A stretch of DNA of 64,000 bases from an uncultured Planctomycetota bacterium (GTDB lineage: Bacteria; Planctomycetota; Planctomycetia; Isosphaerales; Isosphaeraceae). Below the pieces are notes generated by a model. It did no database searches. It was given only the letters and a program-made list of their open reading frames with translations, and was not told the origin of the DNA. Shown here piece by piece: positions 12,501 through 21,273 of the stretch. Location of the stretch: NCBI GenBank assembly GCA_963823665.1, contig CAWGMQ010000011.1, positions 32,001-96,000 of the forward strand, read 5' to 3'. Within the stretch, counting starts at the first letter, position 1. Each line of letters starts with the position of its first letter. The position numbers were made by a program, and so were the translations under genes.

Positions 12501-15500
12501 ATCAGCCCCGCGGCCGCCAGTCAGTTGGCCGTCATCACCCAACCCTCGCTCACGGCGACCGCGGGCGTCGCCTTCGGCACGCAGCCGGTGGTCTACGTCG
12601 AAGACCCGTACGGCAACCTCGAGACCGGCGACAACGCGACCCAGGTTACGGTTACGTCGCTGCCGCTCGGCTCCGGTCCGCTGCTGGGGACGACGACGGT
12701 CACGGTTTCTGGCGGCATCGCGACGTTCACGAATCTTCAGGACAATACGGCCGAAACCATCTCCCTCAGTTTTTCGAGCGTCCCGGACCTCACTCCTGCG
12801 ACGTCAAATGACATCGTCATCAGCCCGGCCGCAGCGACGCAGTTGGCGCTTGTCACCGAGCCCTCAGCGACGGCAACAGCAGGCGTGCCGTTCAGCACGC
12901 AGCCGGTGATCTGGGTCGAAGACCAGTACGGCAACGTCGAGACGGGCGACAACACGACGCAGGTGACAGCCGCTTTGAACACCGGCTCCGGACCATTGCT
13001 CGGAACCACCGTTCTCACCGTCTCCGGCGGCGTCGCCACGTTCACCAACCTCGCCGACGACACGGCGGAAACGATTTCGCTAACCTTCACCAGCGTTCCT
13101 GCCCTGACTGCCCCGACATCGAGCAACATCGTCGTCAGTCCCGCAGCCGCCACGCAGTTGGTTCTGATCACGCAGCCATCCGCCGCGGCGACAGCCGGCG
13201 TCGCCTTCGCGACGCAGCCCGTCGTCTACATCGAGGACCAGTACGGCAACATCGAGACCGGCGACAACGCGACACAAGTCACGGCCTCGGCGCTGCCTCT
13301 CGGCTCCGGCCCGCTCCAAGGAACGACTACGGTGACGGCCTCGGCCGGCATCGTGACCTTCACCAATCTCACGGAAGATGAGGCCGGGACGATCTCCCTG
13401 CAGTTCACGAGCTCTCCAGCGCTCGCCGTGACGAATTCCAATAACATCGTGGTCAGCCCGGCAGCCGCCAGTCAGCTCGCCATCAACACGCAGCCCTCGC
13501 CGGCAGCGACGGCAGGCGTCGCCTTCAGCACGCAGCCGGTCGTCTACATTGAAGACCAGTATGGCAACCTCGAGACCAGCGACAACACAACTGAGGTGAC
13601 CGCGGCGCTGGACCTGGGCAGTGGTCCGCTGCAAGGCACCACGACGGTGATGGTCTCCGGCGGCATCGCCACATTCACCAACCTTTCCGACAACCAGGCC
13701 GAGACGATTTCGCTCCAGTTCACCAGCGTTCCTGCCCTGACCGCCGCGACGTCGAACAACATCGTCGTCAGTCCGGCGGCCGCCACGCAACTGGTTTTGA
13801 GCACGCAGCCATCCGCCACGGCGACAGCCGGCGCCACGTTCGCGACCCAGCCGGTCGTCTACATCGAAGACCAGTACGGCAACGTCGAGACCGGCGACAA
13901 CACGACAGAGGTCACTGCCGCGCTCAACACCGGCTCCGGGCCACTGCAAGGAACGACGATCGAGACGGCCTCCAGTGGCATCGCGACATTCACCAATCTC
14001 GCGGATGACAAGGCCGAAACGATTTCGCTCCAGTTCACCAGCGTCCCGGCCCTGGCCGTGGCGACATCGAACAACATCGTGATCAGCCCCGCGGCCGCCA
14101 GTCAGTTGGCGCTGATCACCGAACCTTCCTCCACGGCGACGGCGGGCGTCGCTTTCGGCACGCAGCCCGTCGTCTACGTCGAAGACCAGTACGGCAACCT
14201 CGAGACTGGCGACAACGCGACCCAGGTGACGGCCACCGCCTTGCCGAATGGCTCCGGTCCGCTGCAAGGAACCACCACGGAGACCGTTTCCGGCGGCATC
14301 GCGACATTCACCAATCTTGCGGACGACCGGGCCGAGACCATCACGCTTCAGTTTTCGAGCGTCCCTTCGCTCGCCGTCGCGACTTCAAGCACAATCGTCA
14401 TCAGCCCGGCCGCAGCCACGCAGTTGGCGCTCGTCACCGAGCCTTCAGCGACGGCAACAGCAGGCGTGCCGTTCAGCACGCAGCCGGTGATCTGGGTCGA
14501 AGACCAGTACGGCAACGTCGAGACGGGCGACAACACGACGCAGGTGACAGCCGCTTTGAACACCGGCTCCGGACCATTGCTCGGAACCACCGTTCTCACC
14601 GTCTCCGGCGGCGTCGCCACGTTCACGAACCTTTCCGACGACACGGCGGAAACGATTTCGCTAACCTTCACCAGCGTTCCTGCCCTGACTGCCCCGACAT
14701 CGAGCAACATCGTCGTCAGTCCTGCGGCCGCCACGCAGTTGGTTCTGATCACGCAGCCATCCGCCGCGGCGACAGCCGGCGTCGCCTTCGCGACACAGCC
14801 GGTCGTCTACATCGAGGACCAGTACGGCAACATCGAGACCGGCGACAACACGACCCAGGTCACGGCCGCGGCGTTACCCCTTGGCTCCGGTCCATTGCAA
14901 GGAACGACAACGGTAACAGCGTCGGGTGGCATCGTCACGTTCACGAATCTGGCGGAAAACAAGGCCGGGACCATCTCGCTGCACTTCACGAGTTTCCCAT
15001 CGCTTGCCGTGGCGAATTCCAACAACGTCGTGGTGAGCCCCGCGGCGGCGAGCCAGTTGGCGGTAAGCACACAGCCAGCACCGACGGCGACGGCCGGCGT
15101 GGCCTTCAGCCCGCAGCCGGTCATCTGGGTCGAAGACCAGTATGGCAACCTGGAGACCGGCGACAACGCGACCCAGGTGACCGCCGCGCTTAACACGGGC
15201 ACCGGTCCTCTGCAAGGAACCACCACCGTGACGGTCTCCGGCGGTATCGCCACATTCACCAACCTGTCGGACAACAAGGCCGAGACGATTTCGCTCCAGT
15301 TCACGAGCGTTCCGGCCCTGATCGCAGCCACATCCAACAACATCGTGGTCAGTCCCGCGGCGGCAACCCAGTTGATATTGAACACCCAGCCCTCGCCGAC
15401 CGCAACGGCGGGCGTGCCCTTCAGCACCCAGCCGGTTATCGACATCGAGGACCAGTACGGGAATATCGAAACCGGCGACAATAGCACGCATGTGACGGCC

Positions 15501-17189
15501 TCTGCATTGCCGCAGGGCTCCGGTCCGCTGCTAGGGACGACCACGGTCACGGCCGCGGCGGGCATCGCCACATTCACGAATCTCGCGGAAGACACCGCCG
15601 AGACCATATGGCTGCACTTCACGAGCACTCCCGCGCTCACCGTACTCAACTCGAGCAACATCGTGGTCAGCCCCGGAGCGGCCAGTCAGTTGGCGGTCAG
15701 CACACAGCCCTCACCGACGGCGACGGCGGGCGTGGCTTTTGCTACCCAGCCGGTGGTCTACGTCGAAGACCAGTTTGGCAATCTGGAGACAAACGACAAC
15801 GCGACCCAGGTGACGGCCACATCGTCGCCGCTTGGCTCTGGTCCCCTGCACGGAACCACCACCGTGACGGTCTCCGGCGGTATCGCCACGTTCACGGATC
15901 TATCGGACAACAAGGCCGAGACCATGTCTCTCCGGTTCATCAGTGTTCCTTCGCTCACCGCCGCAACGTCCAGCAGCATCGTGGTCAGCCCCGCGGCGGC
16001 GAGCCAGTTGGGCATTCATACGCAGCCTGGGGCCACGACGACGATCAATGTGCCGTTCAGCCCGCAACCGGTAGTTTACGTCGAGGACCAGTACGGCAAT
16101 CTCGAAACCGGCGACAATAACACGCAGGTGACGGCCTCTCTCAATACCGGCTCGGGTCCTCTGCTCGGTACCACGACGGTGACAGTCTCCGGTGGCGTAG
16201 CCACGTTCACAAACCTTGCCGATCCGACTGTTGAGACCATCACGCTACGGTTTACCAGCAATCCCGAGCTGGCGCAAGCCGTCTCGAACGCAATCGTCGT
16301 GAACCAACAAGTCCCCTATCAACTGGTGCTGCAGACGCAGCCCTCCTCGAGCGCCACGGCCGGTCAGGCATTTTCGCCACAGCCGGTGATCTACGTCGAA
16401 GACCAGGCGGGCGATCTCGTTGTCGGCGACAACACAACCCAGGTGACGGTCTCGTTGCGCACCGGCACCGGCCCGCTTCTGGGAACAACGACGGTCACTG
16501 CGTCGGGCGGCATCGCCACCTTCACCAACCTCACGGATGACAAGGCCGAGTCGATCATCCTGCTGTTCACCGCATCCGGTCTGGTCAAGGCGCAGTCGAA
16601 TCAGATCACGGTGAGCCCCGCCGCAGCCACTTCGCTGAGTATCGTCGCTCCGACGCTCGACACCGCGCGTAAGCCGTTCAGCGCGACCGTGACGGCGTAC
16701 GACCCCTATGGAAACGTCGCAACCGGATATCGCGGGACCGTCCATTTCAGCAGCACCGACCGCGGGGCGGTGCTGCCCGCCAACTACACCTTCACCACTG
16801 GCGACGCCGGTATTCACACATTTGGAAACGGTGTCACGATGAAGACGGTCGGTCAACAGACGATCACCGTTTTCGACATGTCCAACCCGTCGATCACCGG
16901 GAGCATCGTTGTGTACGTGAGCCCGGCCCCGGCGGCCGCCGTGCTCGCTGCTCTCGCGGACAACGGATCATCAGCAGGCCCGGCCGTTGCTGCCGTCTCA
17001 TCGCCAAGCGCCCATCCCATGGCCATGGTCGATAGCGCGCATGTGTCTCACGTAAGAACGGCCCGGGCAGACAGGCGCCGGATGCTTGCTCGAGCGGATC
17101 GAGCTCGCGATCGAGTGCTGGGCGGCTTCATGGGGAGCCTTCATGCTCTTCTGATGGCGGAGCGACTTCTCGATGGTCAGAGCGACTGA
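6591..17189 (+). CDS. Giant exported adhesin-like protein (~3,530 aa): LEPR-xLL-type leader, two beta-helix/choice-of-anchor-Q-like modules, 24 Ig-like repeats
   Basis: Uninterrupted ORF; RLEFLEERTLLS leader; GG-I-N repeats; GGPTQT...GSPAIDAG...DQRG...DxGAxE twice; 24 EDQYG-type units; ATG 6591 with GGAG upstream. Confidence 0.92.
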   Translation: MSSLNRPGSRIASSRRGQTPIARRRFACSRRNSSPRLEFLEERTLLSIDMVSNSNDSGPGSLRNAIATAGAGDMIEFNMTPGHVTSPITLTTGELTIAQNLKIVGPGASHLTISGNGASTVVAVSTGTNVAISGVTIADGVNGGTGGGVANKGDLKLLDDVLSDNSAQSGGAIYNSTGSLSVTGCTIESNHASNSGFGGGIFVTAGFVTIEDSTFQGNSAEGGGALVNGGGTVSLINSTLTSNSATDCGAIDNASNAELINCTVAGNTSTGIAGGIFNGVVASLTIGNTIIAGNSAGGAASDFDGAVTTDLGNNLIGDTSGSSGFTGPSDLLGVASGLAPLENNGGPTQTMGLTPGSPAIDAGNNALIPAGVGTDQRGFSRIVNGTVDVGAFEVQLYVVDNTNDQGPGSLRAAVTNADQAGGSSILFATTGVITLQSALPAISADVNMVGPGANTLSVSGNAAFQVFDVETGVTAGISGLTITDGSSGGNGGGIENDGTLTLTSCTVSDSSSGNDGGGIFNSGTLTVIASTVSGNTSSNDAGGIENSGTVAVVNSTVADNSANSGQGGGINNAGTLDLVNSTIADNSAFNGGGIQAGGAVTMANTIVGYNTLTGGTGADFDGSISTDSGYNLIADSSGSSGFTQPSDILDVDPLLSALGNYGGPTQTISLLPGSPAIDAGSNALAAFDSSPLTTDQRGDPRINDGIVDIGALETHLFTITILFGDNQSTAVKTDFNVLLTVVLTTFYGEPVEGGIVTFTAPGSGASATFPAGRTIITSPAGTASALAEANTITGSYQVAASSGGAGTKHFNLTNTPGAATQLAIQTQPSATASAGLPFGTQPVIDIEDQYGNLETGDNSTQVTAALATGSGTLEGTTTVTASAGVATFTNLAFSIPDTITLKFTSSPALTSVTSNAIVVTAPPTQLVIETEPSATATAGVSFATQPVVYVEDQYGDLETNDNTTQVTASLASGAGPLNGTVTVTVTGGIATFTNLSDNTAETISLRFTSVPVLTAATSSDIVISPAAASKLAVSTQPSPTATAGVAFSTQPVVDVEDQYGNLEASDNTTQVTATLHTGSGPLLGTTTVTVSGGIATFTDLSDDTAETISLQFTSVPALTSATSNNIDVSSAAATQLVVQTQPSATATAGVAFATQPVIWLEDQYGNLVKGNSAAQVTASALPAGSGPLQGFTTITASNGVVDFSGLAYDTAATIYLHFTSVPALTVANSSNIVVSPAAASQLAIITQPSPTATAGVAFSTQPVVYVEDQYGNLETGDNTTQVSASLNTGSGPLQGTTTETVSGGIATFTNLSDNKAETISLQFTSVPAVTAATSNNIVVSPAAATQLVLITQPSATATAGVAFATQPVVYIEDQYGNVETGDNTTEVTAALNTGSGPLQGTTIETASSGIATFTNLADDKAETISLQFTSVPALAVATSNNIVISPAAASQLAVITEPSPTATAGVAFGTQPVVYVEDQYGNLETGDNATQVTATSLPNGSGPLQGTTTETVSGGIATFTNLADDRAETITLQFSSVPSLAVATSSTIVISPAAATQLALVTEPSATATAGVPFSTQPVIWVEDQYGNIETGDNTTQVTAALNTGSGPLLGTTTETVSGGIATFTNLSDDTAETISLQFTSVPALTAATSNNIVVSPAAATQLVLITQPSSTATAGVAFATQPVVYIEDQYGNLETGDNTTQVTAASLPIGSGPLQGTTTVTASGGIVTFTDLADDTAETISLHFTSSPPLTVLNSNNIVVSPAAASLLAISTQPSPTAMAGVAFGTQPVIWVEDQYGNLETSDNTTEVTAALDLGSGPLQGTTTVMVSGGIATFTNLSDNQAETISLQFTSVPALTAATSNNIVVSPAAATQLVLITQPSATATAGATFATQPVVYIEDQYGNLETGDNSTVVTAALNTGSGPLQGTTLQTAANGIVTFTNLADDKAETISLQFTSVPALAAATSNNIVISPAAASQLAVITQPSLTATAGVAFGTQPVVYVEDPYGNLETGDNATQVTVTSLPLGSGPLLGTTTVTVSGGIATFTNLQDNTAETISLSFSSVPDLTPATSNDIVISPAAATQLALVTEPSATATAGVPFSTQPVIWVEDQYGNVETGDNTTQVTAALNTGSGPLLGTTVLTVSGGVATFTNLADDTAETISLTFTSVPALTAPTSSNIVVSPAAATQLVLITQPSAAATAGVAFATQPVVYIEDQYGNIETGDNATQVTASALPLGSGPLQGTTTVTASAGIVTFTNLTEDEAGTISLQFTSSPALAVTNSNNIVVSPAAASQLAINTQPSPAATAGVAFSTQPVVYIEDQYGNLETSDNTTEVTAALDLGSGPLQGTTTVMVSGGIATFTNLSDNQAETISLQFTSVPALTAATSNNIVVSPAAATQLVLSTQPSATATAGATFATQPVVYIEDQYGNVETGDNTTEVTAALNTGSGPLQGTTIETASSGIATFTNLADDKAETISLQFTSVPALAVATSNNIVISPAAASQLALITEPSSTATAGVAFGTQPVVYVEDQYGNLETGDNATQVTATALPNGSGPLQGTTTETVSGGIATFTNLADDRAETITLQFSSVPSLAVATSSTIVISPAAATQLALVTEPSATATAGVPFSTQPVIWVEDQYGNVETGDNTTQVTAALNTGSGPLLGTTVLTVSGGVATFTNLSDDTAETISLTFTSVPALTAPTSSNIVVSPAAATQLVLITQPSAAATAGVAFATQPVVYIEDQYGNIETGDNTTQVTAAALPLGSGPLQGTTTVTASGGIVTFTNLAENKAGTISLHFTSFPSLAVANSNNVVVSPAAASQLAVSTQPAPTATAGVAFSPQPVIWVEDQYGNLETGDNATQVTAALNTGTGPLQGTTTVTVSGGIATFTNLSDNKAETISLQFTSVPALIAATSNNIVVSPAAATQLILNTQPSPTATAGVPFSTQPVIDIEDQYGNIETGDNSTHVTASALPQGSGPLLGTTTVTAAAGIATFTNLAEDTAETIWLHFTSTPALTVLNSSNIVVSPGAASQLAVSTQPSPTATAGVAFATQPVVYVEDQFGNLETNDNATQVTATSSPLGSGPLHGTTTVTVSGGIATFTDLSDNKAETMSLRFISVPSLTAATSSSIVVSPAAASQLGIHTQPGATTTINVPFSPQPVVYVEDQYGNLETGDNNTQVTASLNTGSGPLLGTTTVTVSGGVATFTNLADPTVETITLRFTSNPELAQAVSNAIVVNQQVPYQLVLQTQPSSSATAGQAFSPQPVIYVEDQAGDLVVGDNTTQVTVSLRTGTGPLLGTTTVTASGGIATFTNLTDDKAESIILLFTASGLVKAQSNQITVSPAAATSLSIVAPTLDTARKPFSATVTAYDPYGNVATGYRGTVHFSSTDRGAVLPANYTFTTGDAGIHTFGNGVTMKTVGQQTITVFDMSNPSITGSIVVYVSPAPAAAVLAALADNGSSAGPAVAAVSSPSAHPMAMVDSAHVSHVRTARADRRRMLARADRARDRVLGGFMGSLHALLMAERLLDGQSD
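9040..16610 (+). repeat. Intragenic tandem array of 24 x 315/318-bp units
   Basis: QPS.TATAG..F.TQPV..VEDQYGN.ETGDN.TQV recurs every 105-106 codons; boundaries approximate. Confidence 0.95.
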
Positions 17190-17343
17190 CATCGTCGATA
17201 TTCCCGCCGCCTGAAGAGGCAGCCCCTGACTGGTCACTGATCGGCTCGTCGGGTCGGCCCGCGCTCCCATGCATCTCCGCCAGTGATGCGCGAACGTCGG
17301 CGTTATGCGCCAGCAGGGGAGCCCGACGCCACGACTGATCGCT

Positions 17344-17376
17344 CCCTCTCCCTCCGGGAGAGGGCCGGGGTGAGGG
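17344..17376. repeat. REP-like palindrome
   Basis: CCCTCTCCC-TCC-GGGAGAGGG followed by CCGGGGTGAGGG, a widespread extragenic palindrome type. Confidence 0.75.
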
Positions 17377-17494
17377 TCCTTCCGCGCGCGACCGCAATTC
17401 GCAGACACGCTCTAATCTCCGACCGATGGCCCGACGCCGGCAATCCGCCCGATCGCTCCACCGCGAACGGGCAACCCCACTCCCGTGACCTCCG

Positions 17495-17834
17495 CGCGCA
17501 TAAGAGATGCTGCCCTGCGTCATCTGCGTCATCTGCGTCATTTTTCAGCCCCAAAACCTCCGCATTGTAGCGATTCTGAGTTTGACGCGTTCTTTGACGC
17601 TGCGCTCGTATCGCTCGACGTCTTGCCCCCGGGGCGAGGCATCGAACGCGCGCCCGACTGCGATCCCCGCGGAACCGGCCCGATGCCCGGCCCCCCCGAC
17701 CGCTCCGTCATGACCGGCCAGTTCTTCCCCCCCGAGTCCCACGCGCATAACAAATGCTGCCCTGCGTCATCTGCGTCATCTGCGTCATTTTTCGGCTCCG
17801 ATTTTCCACATTGGAGCGATCGTTCCGTTGATGC
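17495..17834. repeat. Two degenerate ~93-bp direct repeats (17495-17588, 17742-17834), each containing (CTGCGTCAT)x3
   Basis: CGCGCATAA.A.ATGCTGCC(CTGCGTCAT)3TTTTC repeated at a 247-bp offset. Confidence 0.85.
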
Positions 17835-17838
17835 TCGA

Positions 17839-18191
17839 ATATCCCAAGCCCCAAGGGGCGACATCGTACAACCTGGCGGCGTGACCCCCCGGTCGGGACC
17901 AAACGCCCGCCATATCCCAAGCCCCAACGGGGCGACATCGTACAGCCTGGTGGCGTGAGCCCCCGGTCGGGACCAAACGCCCGCCATATCCCAAGCCCCA
18001 ACGGGGCGACATCGTACAGCCTGGCGGCGTGAGCCCCAGGTCGGGACCAAACGCCCGCCATATCCCAAGCCCCAACGGGGCGACATCGTACAGCCTGGTG
18101 GCGTGAGCCCCAGGTCGGGACCAAACGCCCGCCATATCCCAAGCCCCAACGGGGCGACATTGTACAGCCTGGCGGCGTGAGCCCCAGGTCG
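17839..18191. repeat. Tandem array of ~4.8 x 74-bp double-hairpin REP-like units
   Basis: Units start at 17839, 17912, 17986, 18060, 18134; hairpins GCCCC-AAC-GGGGC and CCTGG..GGC-GTGA-GCC.CCAGG; linkers identical. Confidence 0.93.
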
Positions 18192-18357
18192 CGAGTTCGC
18201 CCTCCAATCCAATCGAACTCGAGCGGCTCCGACAGGCCTGTAACGCTCGCGCTCGCCTTTGCATATCTCTCGTGTCCCCCATGCAAGATCGCCGTATCCT
18301 CCTCCACTCTGCGGCAAGGCGCACGACACCCGCATCCCACCTTCCAAATAAGTAGAA

Positions 18358-18406
18358 GTTGGGCGCGGGTCTCCACACGCCGCCCGTGCCCCGAGCGGAG
18401 GTCTCC
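18358..18406. repeat. REP-like element, copy 1 (copy 2 at 29371-29419)
   Basis: GTT.GGCGCGGGTCTCC...CGGAGGTCTCC; 41/49 identical to 29371-29419. Confidence 0.8.
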
Positions 18407-18428
18407 ATCCGATTTCTTTTCCAGATTT

Positions 18429-18463
18429 TCGATGCAAGGTTTTCGGGGCGCGTGCGTAACAGA
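18429..18463 (+). promoter_or_regulatory. Putative ECF promoter TGCAAG-N16-CGTAAC upstream of the sigma/kinase/CHAT operon
   Basis: 29/35 ungapped identity with 29445-29479; same spacing seen at 50716-50743. Confidence 0.6.
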
Positions 18464-18678
18464 GGGAAAAGCGATCAGCACCGCCGGTCCATCCCGGCCC
18501 GGCCCGATCCGCGATATGTTGATTTTACTGGCATGAGCGGTCGACCGATGCTTATCCTCTGGAATGAAAAAGACTTGCGGGCCCTTGATCAGCCGCGCTG
18601 CGCGACGGAAGTATTGTCGCCCTTAGCTCCGCGAAGGGATTTTCCGACCATCCGCGCATGCGCGACGGAAAGAAGCTC

Positions 18679-19299
18679 ATGTCCGACACCGACACACGAG
18701 TTTCCCTGATCGTCGGCGTTTGCCAGCGTGATCCCGAGCGATGGCGCGAGTTCGACGCCATGTACCGGCCCATGTTGCTCGCCTTTCTGCGCAAGCAACA
18801 CCTAAACGAGTCGGACGCCAGCGACGTCGTCCAGGACATCTTCGTCAAGCTGCTCGACAAGATTCAGACTTACAAACGTGAAAAATACCGCTTCCGGAGC
18901 TGGCTCTTCGCCGTGGCACACAACACGTTGATCGACAAGGCCCGGCGGCGGGCCGCGCACAAGAAGGCCGTCGACGGATGGGTTGTCAACGTGCTCCGCT
19001 CAACCCCGTCGGATAGCCTGAAGATGGCCGAAGAGTGGGTGCGGCTCCATCGCTCGAAAATCCTCGCTCACGCGCTCGAAACCGTGCGCGGCCGTACGTC
19101 GCCGCGGGTGTGGGCGTGTTTCGAGCAACGGCTGTTGCGAAATCGCCCTGGTGCAGAGATCGCCAAGGAGCTGGGTTATGAGCCACCGACCGTTTACGCG
19201 AATGCCCACCGAGTGCTGAATCAGGTGCGTGCAATCTGCCAAGAATTCGACGAGGACCTGACCAATGATGGCGACTCTGGCCTGCCCCGACGAGACTGA
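18679..19299 (+). CDS. ECF sigma factor, Planctomycete kinase-associated type
   Basis: TRVSLI...WREFDAMYRP, DASDVVQDIF, FRSWLFAVAHN; region 4 GAEIAKELG...VYANAHRV; overlaps kinase gene. Confidence 0.93.
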   Translation: MSDTDTRVSLIVGVCQRDPERWREFDAMYRPMLLAFLRKQHLNESDASDVVQDIFVKLLDKIQTYKREKYRFRSWLFAVAHNTLIDKARRRAAHKKAVDGWVVNVLRSTPSDSLKMAEEWVRLHRSKILAHALETVRGRTSPRVWACFEQRLLRNRPGAEIAKELGYEPPTVYANAHRVLNQVRAICQEFDEDLTNDGDSGLPRRD

Positions 19300-21213
19300 G
19301 CTCCTGGTGCTGGCGATGGGCGAGCCCGTGGCTGCCGCACTCACAGCGCACGTGGATGGATGCGCAGCCTGCCGGGCGAACCTCAATCGGCTCCAGGCCG
19401 AGGTGGCAATGTTGCGGCAGAACCACGAACGCGGGACGACGCCCCCCTCGACCGAACGCGACCCCGCACTGGAGCACGACGCCGACGCGGCCGACGCCGG
19501 CGACGACCAAGGAGTGGATTCCGCTCGATCCGGCCGGGGCCCCCGGTCCGGAGGCGGTCGCCGCGGCCCGCGAGCTTGCCGAGGGGCTGAATGCCATGCC
19601 TGACGCGATCGGCCGGTACAAGGTCGTCGGCCAGCTCGGTTCCGGCGGCGAGGCGGATGTCTACCGCGTCGTCCACATCAAGCTGGGCAACGACCTGGTG
19701 CTGAAGCTGAGTCGCCGCCAGGTTGGTCCCGACAACCTTAGTCGGCCTGATCGACGAAGGCCGGCTGCTGATCGATTTGCAGCATCCCAACCTGGTGCGG
19801 ATCTACGACCTCGATTTCCACGATAATCGCCCGTTCCTGGTGATGGAGTACGTGCACGGCCGCAATCTGGAGGATTTTGCACGCGACGAGCCGGTAAGCC
19901 ATCGCCGTGCGGCCGCGCTGGCCGCGAAGCTGGCGGAAGTGATGGCCGTGGCGCATCAGCATGGGATCACCCACTGCGACATCAAGCCCAAGAACATCCT
20001 GATCGACAAGCTAGGCGAGCCGCGGCTGATCGACTTCGGCATGGCAAGGCTGCGGCACGCGTGGTCCGATCGCGTCGATTCGTCCGTGGGTGGGACGGTC
20101 GCGTTCATGGCTCCCGAGCAGGCGCGGCTGGAGCTCGATCGGATTGGACCCCGCAGCGACATCTTCGCGCTCGGCGGCGTGCTCTACTTCCTCCTCACCG
20201 GTTCAGCGCCGTTCCAGGGCCAAACCCACGAAGAAGTGTGGGCCCGCGCCCGCCGCTGCGATTTCGAGCCAGCAGCCCTGCGTGTCGCCAAGGTCCCGCG
20301 CCCCCTCGAGCGAATCTGCCTGAAGGCCATGACCGCCGAGCCGGCCGGCCGGTACGAAACGGCTGACGCCATGCAGCGTGCGCTCAAGCGCTATCTCGCA
20401 TGGCCGAAGGTCCTGGCCACGGCGGCTGGCGTTTGCGGCGTTGCGCTGCTCGGGCTCTTGCTCTACATCTTCGGCCCCCGGCCGGTGAAGGAAACGGCAA
20501 CGCCGCCGCTTGGCGGGTCTCAGGTCGCGCCCGCTGCAGATCGCCGGCCGATCCCCGCCCCGACGCAGCCGCTGAAAGGCCGGATCAATCTTCTGGTCGT
20601 CAAATCGAAGGATGGAACCCGGCGCAGGCTCCGGCTCCAGGATCCCCGGGCCGTGCCGTTGCGCGCCGCGGACGAGTTTCGGATCGAGGCCCGGCTCGAC
20701 CGTCCTGCCTACCTCTATCTCTTCTGGGTCGGCTCGGAGGGGAAGGTGGCTCCCCTGTATCCCTGGAAGGAGAACGACTGGTCGCAGCGGCCGGCCGAGG
20801 AACACAAGGTGTCGGGCGCCGAATTGCCGGGGATCTTCGACGACGTTCTGGAAATGCCGGTTTCGCCGCCGGGCCTGGAGACGCTCGTCCTTCTGGCTCG
20901 CGAAGACTCGCCGCTACCGCAGGAAGACGAGGTCAAGCTGGCCCAGGCTCTGTCGGGAACGCCCGTTCCCTTGCCCGACGATCTGACCAAGGCCATCTGG
21001 ATCGAAGATGGCGAAGAGGTGGTTTTCGAGCGGAGCTCTGGTACCAGGAGAAACCGCGCCGGCGAAGACGACTTGAGCCGCGGCATCCCCAGCCCCAAGA
21101 CCCGGAAGAGCGACGATCCGGTGCTGCGGATCCGGGCGCTCTTGAACGAGAAGGTGAAACCGCTGGGAAGTTACAGCCAGGCCGTGTTGTTTCCCAATCA
21201 GGGGGGTTCTTAG
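19265..21213 (+). CDS. Zinc-finger (HxxxCxxC) anti-sigma / Ser/Thr kinase / TM / DUF4384-like protein; frameshifts near 19490 and 19738
   Basis: CPDETEL...HVDGCAAC; LGSGGEADVY, LVLK, HCDIKPKN, DFG, APE; TM VLATAAGVCGVALLGLLLYIF; FRIEARLDRPAYLYLFWVGSEGKVAPLYP. Confidence 0.88.
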
Positions 21214-21273
21214 ACCGCTTCGGAAGGCGTCTTGCATCCTGTCTGCCGTCATCTCCAAGTGAGGATTATCCCC

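Noticed and set aside
17839..18191. CRISPR array
   Set aside because: Inter-hairpin segments are identical rather than unique spacers; no cas genes in the window; fits a REP-like tandem repeat
17485..18536. ORFs of 120-300 aa across the repeat region
   Set aside because: They are translations of DNA repeats in several frames; no protein-like features
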